A stretch of DNA of 64,000 bases from Candidatus Eiseniibacteriota bacterium (GTDB lineage Bacteria; Eisenbacteria; RBG-16-71-46; CAVPCR01), in the NCBI GenBank assembly GCA_963823555.1, contig CAWGMA010000001.1, forward strand, positions 1,920,001 through 1,984,000, in the 5' to 3' direction. The position numbers were made by a program, and so were the translations under genes. Each line of letters opens with the position of its first letter. Position 1 is the first letter of the stretch. Shown here one piece after another: positions 48,894 through 58,066 of this stretch. The notes under the pieces are model-generated. The model ran no database searches, had not been told where the DNA came from, and was given only the letters and a program-made list of their open reading frames with translations.

Positions 48894-51389
48894 GTGCCAG
48901 GACTGCGCGCAAGAACGAGTCCGGCGGCCCGCGGCCGCCGGCCATCCATCCTCGGCGCCACGAGTGCGGCGCTCTTCCTCCTCGGACTGGCCTGCGCCAA
49001 GCAGCCCGTGACGCCGACCACCAGCACGCTCGAGGCTGAGGCTGCGCGCGCCTATCGCTCGCTGGTGGAATCCCTCGGCATCGACCCCGGTCCCGTGCGC
49101 GGGCGGGTGGTGGTTCTCGATCCTGGACATGGGGGCGGATATCGCGGCGCTTTGGGTCAGAGGGGAACCGCCGAGGCCGACGTCAACCTGGCCGTGGCGC
49201 TCTTCCTGTGGGGACTCCTCGATGACGCCGGTGCCGAGGTCTATCTGACCCGCACGGCCGACCGGGACTTCGTGGGCGGAGAGCTCCATCCCCCCGCGAT
49301 CCAGACCCTGCCGCGCGAGGGAAGCACGGGAAGCATGGTCCCCCACCCGGCCGCGAACACCGCCGCCCCACCCGATTCGCTGCGCTCCGATCTCGCCGCC
49401 CGGATCGCGGCCGCCAATACCTTGAACGCCGATCTCTTCCTCTCGATCCACCACAATGCGGACGCCTCGGGCGATACCACGAGAAACCAGACCCAGACCT
49501 TCTATCGCCTCGGCGATGCCGGCCCCTCGCTCGATGCCGCCCAGGCCATCCACCGCCATCTCATGCGCAATCTGGGCACCGCGCGCGGCCAGGTCCAGCC
49601 CGGGAATTACTACGTGCTGCGCTCCTCGAACGCGACCGCCGCCGTTCTCGGTGAGCCATCCTTCCTCACCAATCCCCTCTTCGAGGAGAAACTCGTCCGC
49701 ATCGATCGCGTCGAGCTCGAGGCCGTCGCCTACTTCCTCGGCATCGTCGACCATTTCGCCCGTGGCGTGGCCCGGGTAGCGGTCCTGGCCCCACGGGACA
49801 CCGTGCTCGATGCGGCGACAACGGTGCTCCGGGCACGCTTCAGCGGAGATCCGATCGATCCCGCCACCGTGGCGCTCACCCTCGACGGCGCGCCGCTCAC
49901 GGTGCGCCCCCATGTCGAGGGTGGGCCAGGTGCGGCGATGGATTTCATCGCCTTCCCGCCGGAGCCCCTCGCCAACGGCCGCCATGTGCTCACCGCACGT
50001 GCCCGCACCTTCGGTGGCAACGGGGCCGCCCCCGCCAGCGCTTCCTTCGTCATGCGCCGCCCCCCGGCCGAGTTGAGCGCCGAACCATGGCCGCTGTGGA
50101 ACGGAACGAACGGGTACGGGCCATTGGGGCTCGTGGTCAGCGTGCGCGACCGATTCGGGCTGGCCGTCGCCGACTCGACGCCTGTCGACCTGACAAGCCC
50201 CGTCCGCGGTCGCCAGTTCACCACAGACGGCCAGGCCTGGTTCCGGCTCGAATCCAGTCCCGCCCCGGAAGCGCGGTGGACCGTCGAATCGGGCCCTGCC
50301 GCGGCAACCTTGCCGGTCATGACGGAAGGCGCACCACCCCATCTGTCGGGTTCGGTCGTCGACCGTTCATCGGGCCGCGGGATATCGGGCGCCGAAATGG
50401 CGATGCGTGATGGCAGAGACTTCCGCGGCCGGACGAATCTTCATGGGGAATATGCGATCTCGCTCCCGACGGATCTTGCGAGCAGCTTGCCAGCCGTTCC
50501 CGGCGAGCTTCGCATCACCGCCCCGGGCTATCTCCCCAGGTCGATGGCTCATGCCCGCGACGCAACGCGGATCGAGCTCGATCCCGTTCTGGGTGGAGTC
50601 CTGCACGGGCGGCGGGTGGCGGTCGATCCGGCCGGAGGTGGCGCCGACCCCGTCGCAACCTCCGCCACCGGGGTGCGCGCCGCGGATACCGCGCTCGACA
50701 TCGCGCTCCGCCTGGCATCGGATCTCGAGCGATCGGGGGCGACGGCCACGCTCCTGCGCGCCGAGGATCGGACCATCCCCGACCTGGCCCGCGTGGAGGC
50801 CGCGGAGCAGGCGGCGGTGGATCGTTACATTCGCATCGGCGCCGATCCGGCCCCGCGCATTCGCCACTACCCGGGCAGCCGGCGCGGAGTGGAGCTGGCA
50901 CGCGCCGCTGCCAGGGAGATCGCCCGGGAGAGCGGACTTGCCCTCGAGGTTCGAGCCGAGGTCACCCCCGTTCTCTTGACGACCAGCATGCCGGCGGTGG
51001 AGATTCTCCTGCCCGCCCCGGCCGGTCCGGCCGGCGAGGATGCCCACCTCGACCCGGATTTCCGCCGGCGCGTGGCGCGCGCGATCCTCCTGGCCGCAGC
51101 CGCCGAGTCCGGTCTCGACCTCGATCGCCAGGCGACCGTGATCCTCAAGTCGGACGCGCCGCACCTGCTCGTGGATGGCATGTTCATCGTCCAGGTAAAT
51201 GACGGGCAGGGCCGGGCACGCGGTATCGATCGCGGCACCGAGCACGAGGTCCTGCCGCTGGCAGAGGGGATGGCGGCTGGACCCCAGGTCACGCGGTTCA
51301 GGGTGGCGGCCCCTCCTCCCGACACCATCACGGTCACGGTGCCCATGAATCCAGCGGCCCCGGCCCCGACCGGTCGAGCCCACGAATAG
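48894..51389 (+). CDS. Lipoprotein N-acetylmuramoyl-L-alanine amidase (Amidase_3) with a second degenerate amidase domain
   Basis: Lipobox LGLAC; DPGHGG, EADVN, SIHHNA and GEPSF motifs; second domain VDPAGGG lacks the His. Start uncertain (48840 or 48894). Confidence 0.8.
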   Translation: MPGLRARTSPAARGRRPSILGATSAALFLLGLACAKQPVTPTTSTLEAEAARAYRSLVESLGIDPGPVRGRVVVLDPGHGGGYRGALGQRGTAEADVNLAVALFLWGLLDDAGAEVYLTRTADRDFVGGELHPPAIQTLPREGSTGSMVPHPAANTAAPPDSLRSDLAARIAAANTLNADLFLSIHHNADASGDTTRNQTQTFYRLGDAGPSLDAAQAIHRHLMRNLGTARGQVQPGNYYVLRSSNATAAVLGEPSFLTNPLFEEKLVRIDRVELEAVAYFLGIVDHFARGVARVAVLAPRDTVLDAATTVLRARFSGDPIDPATVALTLDGAPLTVRPHVEGGPGAAMDFIAFPPEPLANGRHVLTARARTFGGNGAAPASASFVMRRPPAELSAEPWPLWNGTNGYGPLGLVVSVRDRFGLAVADSTPVDLTSPVRGRQFTTDGQAWFRLESSPAPEARWTVESGPAAATLPVMTEGAPPHLSGSVVDRSSGRGISGAEMAMRDGRDFRGRTNLHGEYAISLPTDLASSLPAVPGELRITAPGYLPRSMAHARDATRIELDPVLGGVLHGRRVAVDPAGGGADPVATSATGVRAADTALDIALRLASDLERSGATATLLRAEDRTIPDLARVEAAEQAAVDRYIRIGADPAPRIRHYPGSRRGVELARAAAREIARESGLALEVRAEVTPVLLTTSMPAVEILLPAPAGPAGEDAHLDPDFRRRVARAILLAAAAESGLDLDRQATVILKSDAPHLLVDGMFIVQVNDGQGRARGIDRGTEHEVLPLAEGMAAGPQVTRFRVAAPPPDTITVTVPMNPAAPAPTGRAHE

Positions 51390-51577
51390 CGGCCGGGGAA
51401 TCGCTTCTTGCCCCCAGGAAAGAGCAAGGAACCTCTTCACCTGCTGTGGGTTGTTCTTTTACAATGTTTTACCGGTCTTGCCCCCATTTCGACCGTATCC
51501 TCTACTGGCTGGAACTGGCGACGGCAAGAGCCCACCATCCCCCCACAAAGCCCCTGAGTCGAGAAAGGGTCGTCCCG

Positions 51578-52234
51578 ATGAATCCAGGGCAGTCGACATC
51601 CGGCCGCGCATCGGCGTCCACCAGCCGCCGCCGCGGTGTTTTCCGCGAAGCCGTGGTCATTGTTCTCTGCGGAACGATGCTCGGTCTGGTAGCCAACACC
51701 ATCTCGCCGCGCGGCATCCCGCTCATCGGTGACTTCTCCCGGGGGGCGGCCCTCGCCAATCGCAGCGCGGAGGAGCTGGCAGCGCTCCCAGCCGAGATCG
51801 AGCTGGCAGGCGTCCAGCGCGTGGTCGAAGCCCTCGCAGCGCGATCCGCAGACGAGGATTCAGCTCCGGCCGATGCCGCGAGCGACAACGGGAAGGCGAG
51901 TCCAGCGGAGGCGGGCGGCGACCTCGAGGACGCTCTCCTGTCCCAGGCCGTTCTGATTGATGCCCGCTCTCCCGACATGTATACCTCGGGTCACATCCCG
52001 GGAGCGCTCAACCTGCCGGTGTCCGATTTCGACGCCGCCTATCCCGAGCTCAAGTCTCAGCTCAAGACCGCTTCCCTCATCGTGGTCTACTGCGATGGTG
52101 GCGACTGCGAGCTTTCGCATGATCTGGCCACCATGCTCAAGGACCTGGGACACGGCCCGATCCAGCTCTTTGCCGGCGGATTCGATGCCTGGATGGAAGC
52201 AGGGCACGACATGCGCGCGGGGCAAGAACCATGA
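51578..52234 (+). CDS. Membrane-anchored rhodanese-domain protein
   Basis: N-terminal TM ending NTISPRGIPL; IDARS...GHIPGA; active loop YCDGGDCELS; GGFDAW. Confidence 0.87.
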   Translation: MNPGQSTSGRASASTSRRRGVFREAVVIVLCGTMLGLVANTISPRGIPLIGDFSRGAALANRSAEELAALPAEIELAGVQRVVEALAARSADEDSAPADAASDNGKASPAEAGGDLEDALLSQAVLIDARSPDMYTSGHIPGALNLPVSDFDAAYPELKSQLKTASLIVVYCDGGDCELSHDLATMLKDLGHGPIQLFAGGFDAWMEAGHDMRAGQEP

Positions 52235-52701
52235 TCTCGCGCTCCCTCCTGGCGCGGCTCCTGGGCATCGCACTGGGCGCCATCTTCCTGTATGCGAGCG
52301 TATCGAAGGTCATCGATCCGGCGGCCTTCTCGCGCACCGTCTACCACTATCAGCTCCTGCCGCCGGCAGCCGTGAATCTGGTCGCCATCGTCCTGCCCTG
52401 GATCGAAGCGCTGGTCGGCGCCCTTCTCATCTTCGGGCTCAGGGTGCGGGGCGCATCGCTGCTCGCCGTGATCACGCTCATCTTGTTCCTCGGCGCCATG
52501 AGCTCCGCTCTCGCCCGCGGCCTCAACATCGACTGCGGGTGTTTCAAGGCCGAGGGCACCAAGCTCGGACTCGACCGCATCATCGGCGACCTGGTCCTGC
52601 TTGCAGCCGCGTTCTTTGTCTATCGGGAATCCGCCCGCGTTCCCCAGCCGGGACGGGAGGCTTCCGGGTTCATGCCATCTAGCGTCAAGGAGTCCTCATG
52701 A
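52231..52701 (+). CDS. MauE/DoxX family membrane protein
   Basis: FLYASVSKVIDP, LPWIE and RGLNIDCGCF motifs; ATGA overlaps on both sides. Confidence 0.88.
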   Translation: MISRSLLARLLGIALGAIFLYASVSKVIDPAAFSRTVYHYQLLPPAAVNLVAIVLPWIEALVGALLIFGLRVRGASLLAVITLILFLGAMSSALARGLNIDCGCFKAEGTKLGLDRIIGDLVLLAAAFFVYRESARVPQPGREASGFMPSSVKESS

Positions 52702-54059
52702 TCCGTCGTGTCGCGTTTCTCCTCATTCTCTTGTTCGCCGCGGCGGCGAGCCTCATGCTCGCTGGCCGCCCGGGCCCAGCGGCCGGGGAGAACGAGATCG
52801 TCGTCCTCGCCACGGCATCGAACCGCGGCGAGGTCGACCCCTGTGGGTGAAAGTCGGCCCGCAAGGGAGGGCTGGCCCGGAGGGCTGCCCTGATCGACTC
52901 GCTCCGCCGCCTCAATCCGAACGTTCTCGTTGTCGATGCCGGCGGCATGATCAACCCGAACAAGGCGAAGAGCCCGCGCTATGACCAGTTCGTGTTCAAG
53001 GCCATGAACCGGATGGGGTACAACGCGGCGACCGTCGGCCAGCTCGAGCTGGATCGCGGGACCGAATACGTCCGGGAGCTCGCACCGCAGCTCGACTGCC
53101 CGGTCGTGGTCTCCAATGCCAAGGCCACGGCCGGTGAGACCCCATGGCGGGAAACAGCGATCGTCACGGTTGGCGGTCGCAAGTTCGGGATCCTCGGCCT
53201 CGTGAGCCAGGACTTCGGTTCCGGCAAGGAGGCGCTCGAGGATGCCGGGTGGACCATCGAGGATCCGATGGCCGCCGTGGCGCGACTGCTACCCGAGCTC
53301 GAGAAGCAGTCCGATGTCACGATTGCCCTCGCTCATCTCCAGGCCGCCGACCTCGATCGCCTGGTGCGCGAGGGAAAGGGCATCGATCTGGTGATCGCCG
53401 GCCTCAACCCGCATCCGATGAATACCCAGCCCGACGATGCGGTGACGGCCATCCTGCGTCCCGGACAACGAGGCGAATACATCGGTGTCGCTCGTATCAC
53501 ACCGGGTGCCGGCGGCGGACCGGTCACGGTCGATGGGCTCGAAGCGGTCATGCTCGAGATGAACAAGTACCCCGACGATCCGGAACTGGCCGCCGAGCTC
53601 GAGGCCTTGAAGAAAGAGGTCGACGCGGAGACCCGCAAGGCGCAGATCGAGCGCGAGCTCAAGGCGCAGGATGGGCTCATCCTCGGTCAGGATCGCTATC
53701 TCGGCAACGAGACCTGTGCCCGTTGCCACTCAGGCGAGATCGACTGGTGGAACTCGGACCCTCATGCCAAGGCCTTTGCCACCCTCGAGAAGGAGGGCAA
53801 GCAGTCCGATTCAGCCTGTCTCCGCTGCCACGTGACCGGGTACGAGCAGCCCGGCGGATTCGGTGGCATCGGCACCACCGCCAACATGAAGAGCGTCCAG
53901 TGCGAGTCCTGCCACGGGATGGGGACTCTGCACGACTGGACGGGGAAGTCGGCGTCGGTGCCGGGGGAGGCGACATGTCGCGCTTGCCATGTCGCGGAAT
54001 GGAGCCCTGATTTCGAGTATGGGGCCTACTTGAAGCGCCTCGGACACGGCACCAAGTAG
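52698..54059 (+). CDS. Exported UshA-like selenoprotein (Sec at codon 51) fused to a tetraheme cytochrome c (c554-like) domain
   Basis: ATG 52698 after AAGGAG is in frame with the 52947 ORF. It reads signal peptide...NRGEVDPCG-TGA(52848-52850)-KSARKGGLARRA...VDAG. CxxCH motifs start at 53715, 53817, 53901 and 53976. Confidence 0.85.
52869..52890 (+). promoter_or_regulatory. Candidate bacterial SECIS element
   Basis: GGGC-U-GGCCC-GGA-GGGCU-GCCC hairpin with a bulged U; the G-led loop follows a 28-nt spacer 3' of the in-frame UGA. Confidence 0.6.
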
Positions 54060-54067
54060 TCGAGCTC

Positions 54068-54110
54068 GAGGGCTGGGGAGAGCAGCGCCGCGCTGCCCTC
54101 CCCCGCCCTC
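54068..54110. terminator. GC-rich hairpin between convergent genes
   Basis: GAGGGC-GGGGAG-GCAGCG / CGCTGC-CTCCCC-GCCCTC inverted repeat; no U-tract. Confidence 0.5.
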
Positions 54111-54112
54111 CC

Positions 54113-55624
54113 CTATCGCCTGGACCGGATCGGCACGATTCCCGCTTGCGACAGACGCAGGAGCTGCACCTCGGCAAGATCGGGGGGGACATTGAGGATG
54201 CCGGACCCGGGGCGGGCTCTGGCGGCGAGGGCCTGGCGAATGTCCGCGCTCGACCCGAGGTCCCCGCTCATGGCCTGGGCCACCAGAGTGGCGGAGACGT
54301 AACCGCGGATCGCGTTCACGTCGGCATCCCGCCTGTACTCGCCTCGAAACCGCTCGGCGAAGGTCTCTCCACCGAGCGCCGGCGCGCCGTAGTAGCTGGC
54401 CGCGAAGACCGCCTCATCGAGATACTCGTCGGCCACGTCGGCCACCTCTTTCATGGCCATTTCCTCGAGCGCGAGAAGACGGGCCCCGACCTCGTAATAC
54501 GTGAGCTGCGGGATCACGCTCATCAGCTCACGCGGAGATCCAGGCATGAAGACCGCATCCGGAAGCAGCTCGCGCAGACGCTCCAGCGGCGCACCGAAGT
54601 TGACGTCGCCGCTCCGGTAGACCTCGCGCCCGACGACCGCGCCACCCTGTTGCCCGACGGTGGCGGCAAAGCGATCGGCGAGGGCCTGGCCCTCCGGAGT
54701 GTCCGGCGTCAGGACCGCCAAGCGCTGATAGCCGAGATCCCGGACGGCGGCGCGGGCCAGCGCCTCCGCCTGGAGCTCGCGCGGGGGTACGGCCTGGAAG
54801 ATGCCGGGACCGATGCTTCCAAGATCGTCCCGGCCTGCGGCGGGGGTGACGAGCGGAATGCCCGCGGCCGCCGCCGCGGCGGCGGCCGATACCGTTGTGG
54901 TCAAGAGGGTAGTGCCGCACATCGCCCCCACACCATGGCGCGCCAGCTCTCCTGCGGCGCGCGCACCGACGATCGGATCCCCCTGCGTATCCCCGATCTC
55001 CAGCATGAGGGGAAAGCGTGCGTCCCGGTTGTGCTCGGCAATGGCAAGGGCCGCTCCTGCGGCGAACGATTCGCCTTGGAAGGCCATCCGGCCGTTGATG
55101 GGCGCCAGCACACCAATCGTGTAGAGCGCCAGTGGGCGAGGCGGGATCGGCATGCCGGCAACCGCGGCAACGGCCGCCGAGTCCGCTCCCAGAGCCCGAG
55201 CGGCAGCGAGAAGATCATGCGTGACGGGCCGGCCTTCCCGGTGGGCGTACTGCCCCAGGGCGAGCAATGCGGGCGCGGTCCCCGAACCACGCGCGGTGGC
55301 CTGGCAACCGAGATAGAGGAGCTCCCCGTCGCTCAATCTGCGGGGTGGGAGCTGGGTCATGAGTTCCGCCGCGCGCGGATCCGGGATGCCCTCACCTCCT
55401 TCTGCCAGGTAGAGCGCCCATTGCGCCGCACGATAGGTGAGACCGGCGTCCAGGAGGGATTGCGCGTAGCGGGCCGTGGCATCCGCCCACGCCCGGTCAT
55501 GACGCGCCGAGAGCGCGACGGCCGGCGGCTCGGAGGCAGCCGTAGGCGCATAGGAGACCAGGATGACACCCCAGATGGCGGCCCCGGCCCAGGCGCCGCA
55601 TCGGCGGAAGACTGCACGTATCAC
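54113..55624 (-). CDS. Periplasmic binding protein type 1 / LpoA-like protein
   Basis: Signal peptide, helical N-region, IGVLAPING...DTQGDP and GQALADRFAATVGQQGGAVV...PDAVFMP. Confidence 0.65.
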   Translation of the reverse strand: MIRAVFRRCGAWAGAAIWGVILVSYAPTAASEPPAVALSARHDRAWADATARYAQSLLDAGLTYRAAQWALYLAEGGEGIPDPRAAELMTQLPPRRLSDGELLYLGCQATARGSGTAPALLALGQYAHREGRPVTHDLLAAARALGADSAAVAAVAGMPIPPRPLALYTIGVLAPINGRMAFQGESFAAGAALAIAEHNRDARFPLMLEIGDTQGDPIVGARAAGELARHGVGAMCGTTLLTTTVSAAAAAAAAGIPLVTPAAGRDDLGSIGPGIFQAVPPRELQAEALARAAVRDLGYQRLAVLTPDTPEGQALADRFAATVGQQGGAVVGREVYRSGDVNFGAPLERLRELLPDAVFMPGSPRELMSVIPQLTYYEVGARLLALEEMAMKEVADVADEYLDEAVFAASYYGAPALGGETFAERFRGEYRRDADVNAIRGYVSATLVAQAMSGDLGSSADIRQALAARARPGSGILNVPPDLAEVQLLRLSQAGIVPIRSRR

Positions 55625-56154
55625 GACGTCATGTCTCCTGGTTCCTCCAGCTCGCGGTGCCCCCGCGCCAGATCGATGTAGTGTGCGGCCGACTCGCGGA
55701 ACCCCTTGAGCACGCTGTCATCGAGATTCCGCACGACCTTGGCCGGAACACCGGCGACGAGCGAATGCGCTGGAATGCGCCGGCCTTCGAGCACGACCGC
55801 CCCGGCGGCAACGATGGACCCGGTGCCGATCACGGCCCCATTCAAGATCACGGCGCCCATTCCAATCAGGCACAGGTCCTCGACCGTACAGCCATGAAGG
55901 ATGACCCGGTGGCCGACCGTCACCTCGTCCCCCACCCGTGTCGGCCATTCACCGTAGTCGACGTGGACGATACACCCGTCCTGGATGTTGGTCCGCCGGC
56001 CGATGCGGATCCAGTTGACGTCCCCCCGCACCGTGGAGTGATACCAGATGCTCGAGTCCTCGCCCAAGGTCACATCGCCAATGATCGCGGCATCCGGGGC
56101 GATGAAGGCCGCGCGCACCACATCTGGGATCTTGTCGCCGTAGGGACGGATCAT
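55621..56154 (-). CDS. Gamma carbonic anhydrase family protein
   Basis: RGDVNWIRIG, NIQDGCIVH and VGHRVILHGC hexapeptide repeats. Confidence 0.92.
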   Translation of the reverse strand: MIRPYGDKIPDVVRAAFIAPDAAIIGDVTLGEDSSIWYHSTVRGDVNWIRIGRRTNIQDGCIVHVDYGEWPTRVGDEVTVGHRVILHGCTVEDLCLIGMGAVILNGAVIGTGSIVAAGAVVLEGRRIPAHSLVAGVPAKVVRNLDDSVLKGFRESAAHYIDLARGHRELEEPGDMTS

Positions 56155-56165
56155 GCGCCGTTCGC

Positions 56166-56669
56166 CTAGAGCTGGAACTTCCCGAAGTCCTCTGGATTGA
56201 GCTTCTCGAGATGGCGCCTCAACTCGTCGGCCTGCTCCTCCTCGGTGAGCGGGCGCACCCCCTCAGCCTCGGGCTTCTCGCCAGCCCCGCCGTCGAACAG
56301 CTTCTCGGACACGAAGATCGGCGACTTGGCCCGCAAAGCGATCGCGATCGAGTCACTCGGCCGGGCGTCAACGGCCAGCATCTCGGAATCGACCTGGATC
56401 AGGATGGTGGCGTAGAAGGTGTTTTCACGGAGCTCGGAGACCACCACCTTGAGCACGCTCCCGCGCATGCCCTTGATGATGGTGACGAGGAGATCGTGCG
56501 TGAGGGGGCGCTGGAACTTCTGCCCGGTCATCTCGAGGGCGATGGCATTGGCCTCGTTCTGTCCGATCCAGATCGGCAGAATCCGCTTGCCATCGACTTC
56601 CTGGAGGATCACCACCGGACTCTTGGTCTTTTCGTCGATGGCAAGTCCGCTGACTTGAACCTCGACCAC
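56166..56669 (-). CDS. Bifunctional nuclease (DUF151) family protein
   Basis: LPIWIG, RPLTHDL and DARPSDSIAIALR motifs; GTG start after GGAGG. Confidence 0.9.
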   Translation of the reverse strand: MVEVQVSGLAIDEKTKSPVVILQEVDGKRILPIWIGQNEANAIALEMTGQKFQRPLTHDLLVTIIKGMRGSVLKVVVSELRENTFYATILIQVDSEMLAVDARPSDSIAIALRAKSPIFVSEKLFDGGAGEKPEAEGVRPLTEEEQADELRRHLEKLNPEDFGKFQL

Positions 56670-56736
56670 CTCAGGACCTCCATGCAATCGCCGGCTCGAC
56701 GATCGCGCTGCACGCACTCAAGCGCTCAGTGGCGCG

Positions 56737-58014
56737 CTAGGGTGTCTGGGATCCAGCCTCGGCCCCCTCTCCTGCTCCTGGCTCCGCGGCCGGCAGTGGG
56801 GGCAACGGAGAGTCCATATTCTTGAGCATCCACCTGGCCGAGTCAACCAGTTCCGAGTCCGGATAGCGCTCGATCACCTGCTGCAACGCAATACGTGCCC
56901 TGTCCTTTTCGCCGAGCTCATCGGCATAGACGAAGCCAATCATGAACTGAGCCTTGGCGGCGAGCTCGCTCTCGCCGTATTCGGCCACGACCTGTTCATA
57001 GATGGCGACACGTTCCCGGGGATCCTCGGTGCGCTGCGCGCGATCGAAGAGCTCCTTGGCTGTATGCTCGGTCAACCCCTCGCCGTAGAGCGCCTCCTTG
57101 TTGACCTCCACCTTGTACGCCGCGCGCATCGAATCGACGAGACTCTGGCCGATCGTCTTGAAGTTCTGCGCCTGCAGGCGGCGCTCCAGAGATGGCCGAA
57201 CAGCCTCCAGGTCGCGGACGCGCTCGGGCTCGCGGGTCTCTACCTGGACAACGTGCCACCCCTTGTCGGTGTGGATGGGCATGGAGATCTCACCCTCCGG
57301 GATCTCGAGCACTTGAGCCGCAAACGCGTCGTTGACTCCCAGCCCACGCACGGGTTGCCCCATCGCCACGATGCCGAGTGCTCCATCCAGGTTCTTGGTC
57401 TGGACATCGATCGAGCGCCGGAGCAGCGACTTGAAGGGGGTGCCGGCCAGCAGCAGACCATGCACATCCATCGCCTCGCTCTGCGTGGCCGTCACGATCT
57501 GGCGCGCGCCGACACGCGCCTGGACCCGGAATTCTTCCGGGTGTTCCTCGTAGTAGCGGGCCACCTCGGCGGAATCGGGCTGGGCGCGGGGAACGAGCAC
57601 CTTGTCGCTGTAGAAGGCGCTCAAGAGCTGGGTCTTCACCTCCTCGAGGTACTGCTGGTACTCGGGATCCTGATCCAGCTTCTCGGCCTCCGCCGCCAGT
57701 CGGAGCAGCTTCTGGTCGATCATCTGATTGAGGAGCACTTCCTTGCGCTCGGGGTCGTCCAGCGTGGTGCGCGCCCCCTCCGGGAGCTGGGCGATTCGCC
57801 GCTCGAGATCGGCCCGCGTGATCTCGTAGGGCCCTACCTGCGCCAGCGCCTCGCCTGCGGGGGAGTCCGTCTTCGCCGGCCCCCGCCCGCAGCTGGTCGC
57901 GAACAAGCCGAGCACGGCGCACACGAACAGATCCCGAAGCTCGAAGCGCAAGCGAACGCGACCTCGACGCATGGTGTCCACTGGCATCCCCACTGACTGC
58001 GACATTCTCGACAT
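56737..58014 (-). CDS. PpiC-type peptidyl-prolyl isomerase lipoprotein with C-terminal TPR
   Basis: Lipobox FATSC; SurA-like N-domain; GEISMPIHTDKGWHVV; AQFMIGFVY...YPDS TPR. Start uncertain. Confidence 0.8.
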   Translation of the reverse strand: MSRMSQSVGMPVDTMRRGRVRLRFELRDLFVCAVLGLFATSCGRGPAKTDSPAGEALAQVGPYEITRADLERRIAQLPEGARTTLDDPERKEVLLNQMIDQKLLRLAAEAEKLDQDPEYQQYLEEVKTQLLSAFYSDKVLVPRAQPDSAEVARYYEEHPEEFRVQARVGARQIVTATQSEAMDVHGLLLAGTPFKSLLRRSIDVQTKNLDGALGIVAMGQPVRGLGVNDAFAAQVLEIPEGEISMPIHTDKGWHVVQVETREPERVRDLEAVRPSLERRLQAQNFKTIGQSLVDSMRAAYKVEVNKEALYGEGLTEHTAKELFDRAQRTEDPRERVAIYEQVVAEYGESELAAKAQFMIGFVYADELGEKDRARIALQQVIERYPDSELVDSARWMLKNMDSPLPPLPAAEPGAGEGAEAGSQTP

Positions 58015-58066
58015 CCCTGTTCACTCCCGGTGACGCTGGTAGCTCCGGACGCCGCGGCACGACATC

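Noticed and set aside
51436..51465. TTCACC-18-TACAAT promoter for the rhodanese operon
   Set aside because: It is plausible, but the -35 match is weak and alternatives exist, so it is not listed as a feature.
52947..54059. ATG 52947 as the true start of the cytochrome gene
   Set aside because: It has no RBS or signal peptide and starts mid-domain. The upstream in-frame ATG with UGA readthrough explains the sequence better.
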